The position numbers and the translations under genes are program-made. This document shows positions 63,582 through 64,000 of a DNA stretch of 64,000 nt, piece after piece. The number at the start of each line of letters is the position of its first letter. The stretch's first letter is position 1. The DNA lies in NCBI GenBank assembly GCA_963758635.1, contig CAVWWD010000007.1, positions 64,001 to 128,000 on the forward strand. Reading direction: 5' to 3'. The stretch comes from an uncultured Candidatus Rokubacteria bacterium. GTDB taxonomy: Bacteria; Methylomirabilota; Methylomirabilia; Rokubacteriales; CSP1-6. Below the pieces are notes generated by a model that was given only the letters and a program-made list of their open reading frames with translations, made no database searches and had not been told where the DNA came from.

Positions 63582-64000
63582 ATGGCGCTGGTCGCCGACC
63601 CGTTGCCTTCGACCGTCCCCTGTCCGCTGGCCGATCAGCGCGTGCTCGTCACCGGTGCCAGCGGATTCCTCGGGCGCCGCACTGACCCGGCGGCTCCGGG
63701 CCGCGGGCGCCGAGGTCCATGCGGTGTCCCGGGCCGCACGCGGCGGCGGAATCGACCGTCTGCGCTGGTGGCAGGTCGACATGGAGCATGCCCACGACGT
63801 GCACGCGCTGGTGAGCGAGATCAAGCCGGGGATCGTCTTCCATCTCGGAGGGCATGTGACGGCCGCGCCCGAGGTCGAGCTGGTCGAGAGCACCTTCCAC
63901 AGCCTCTTGGTGAGCACGGTAAATCTGCTCGGCGCAGTCACCAGGACCGGATGCCGGCGCCTCGTGCTCACCGGTTCGCTCGAGGAGCCGCGAGGCGACG
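63582..64000 (+). CDS. NAD-dependent epimerase/dehydratase (partial; frameshift ~63675)
   Basis: VLVTGASGFLG, VFHLGG, TVNLL, LVLTGSLEE. Truncated by the window end. Confidence 0.85.
   Translation, partial: MALVADPLPSTVPCPLADQRVLVTGASGFLGRRTDPAAPGRGRRGPCGVPGRTRRRNRPSALVAGRHGACPRRARAGERDQAGDRLPSRRACDGRARGRAGREHLPQPLGEHGKSARRSHQDRMPAPRAHRFARGAARR

Noticed and set aside
1..64000. tRNA, rRNA, integrase, transposase or phage genes
   Set aside because: None recognisable by eye. tRNAscan-SE, Infernal and ISEScan would be needed to exclude them formally.

Overview
A GC-rich bacterial window, probably from a diderm organism such as Ca. Rokubacteria/Methylomirabilota (taxonomy is inferred). It has three blocks. 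(1) Positions 1-15.8 kb, minus strand: a Pup-proteasome locus (arc-dop-prcB-prcA-pafA) with no pup gene in its usual slot. Downstream lie an amidohydrolase behind a putative leaderless leader peptide, an internally deleted acyl-CoA dehydrogenase, a USP, and translationally coupled glgB-glgX-Glu dehydrogenase followed by a P-loop orphan. (2) Positions 16.3-31.3 kb, plus strand: housekeeping genes (peptide SBP, thioesterase, yebC-ruvCAB, SpoIID-like, queA, tgt, yajC-secDF, relA/spoT). (3) Positions 31.3-64 kb, plus strand: an accessory envelope/exopolysaccharide region with a TAXI SBP, a pseudokinase, repetitive surface proteins (one ending in a copper-radical oxidase), an OM barrel, Wza, a Wzc-like protein, a NusG paralog and NDP-sugar tailoring genes. 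Embedded in it are a two-module NRPS, a PvdE/SyrD-type exporter and a docking-domain thioesterase with an atypical active site. Four sigma54-type promoter matches tie this third block together. Many genes carry single-base frameshifts, often at G/C runs, most likely long-read errors. All functional calls come from manual motif reading, not database searches.
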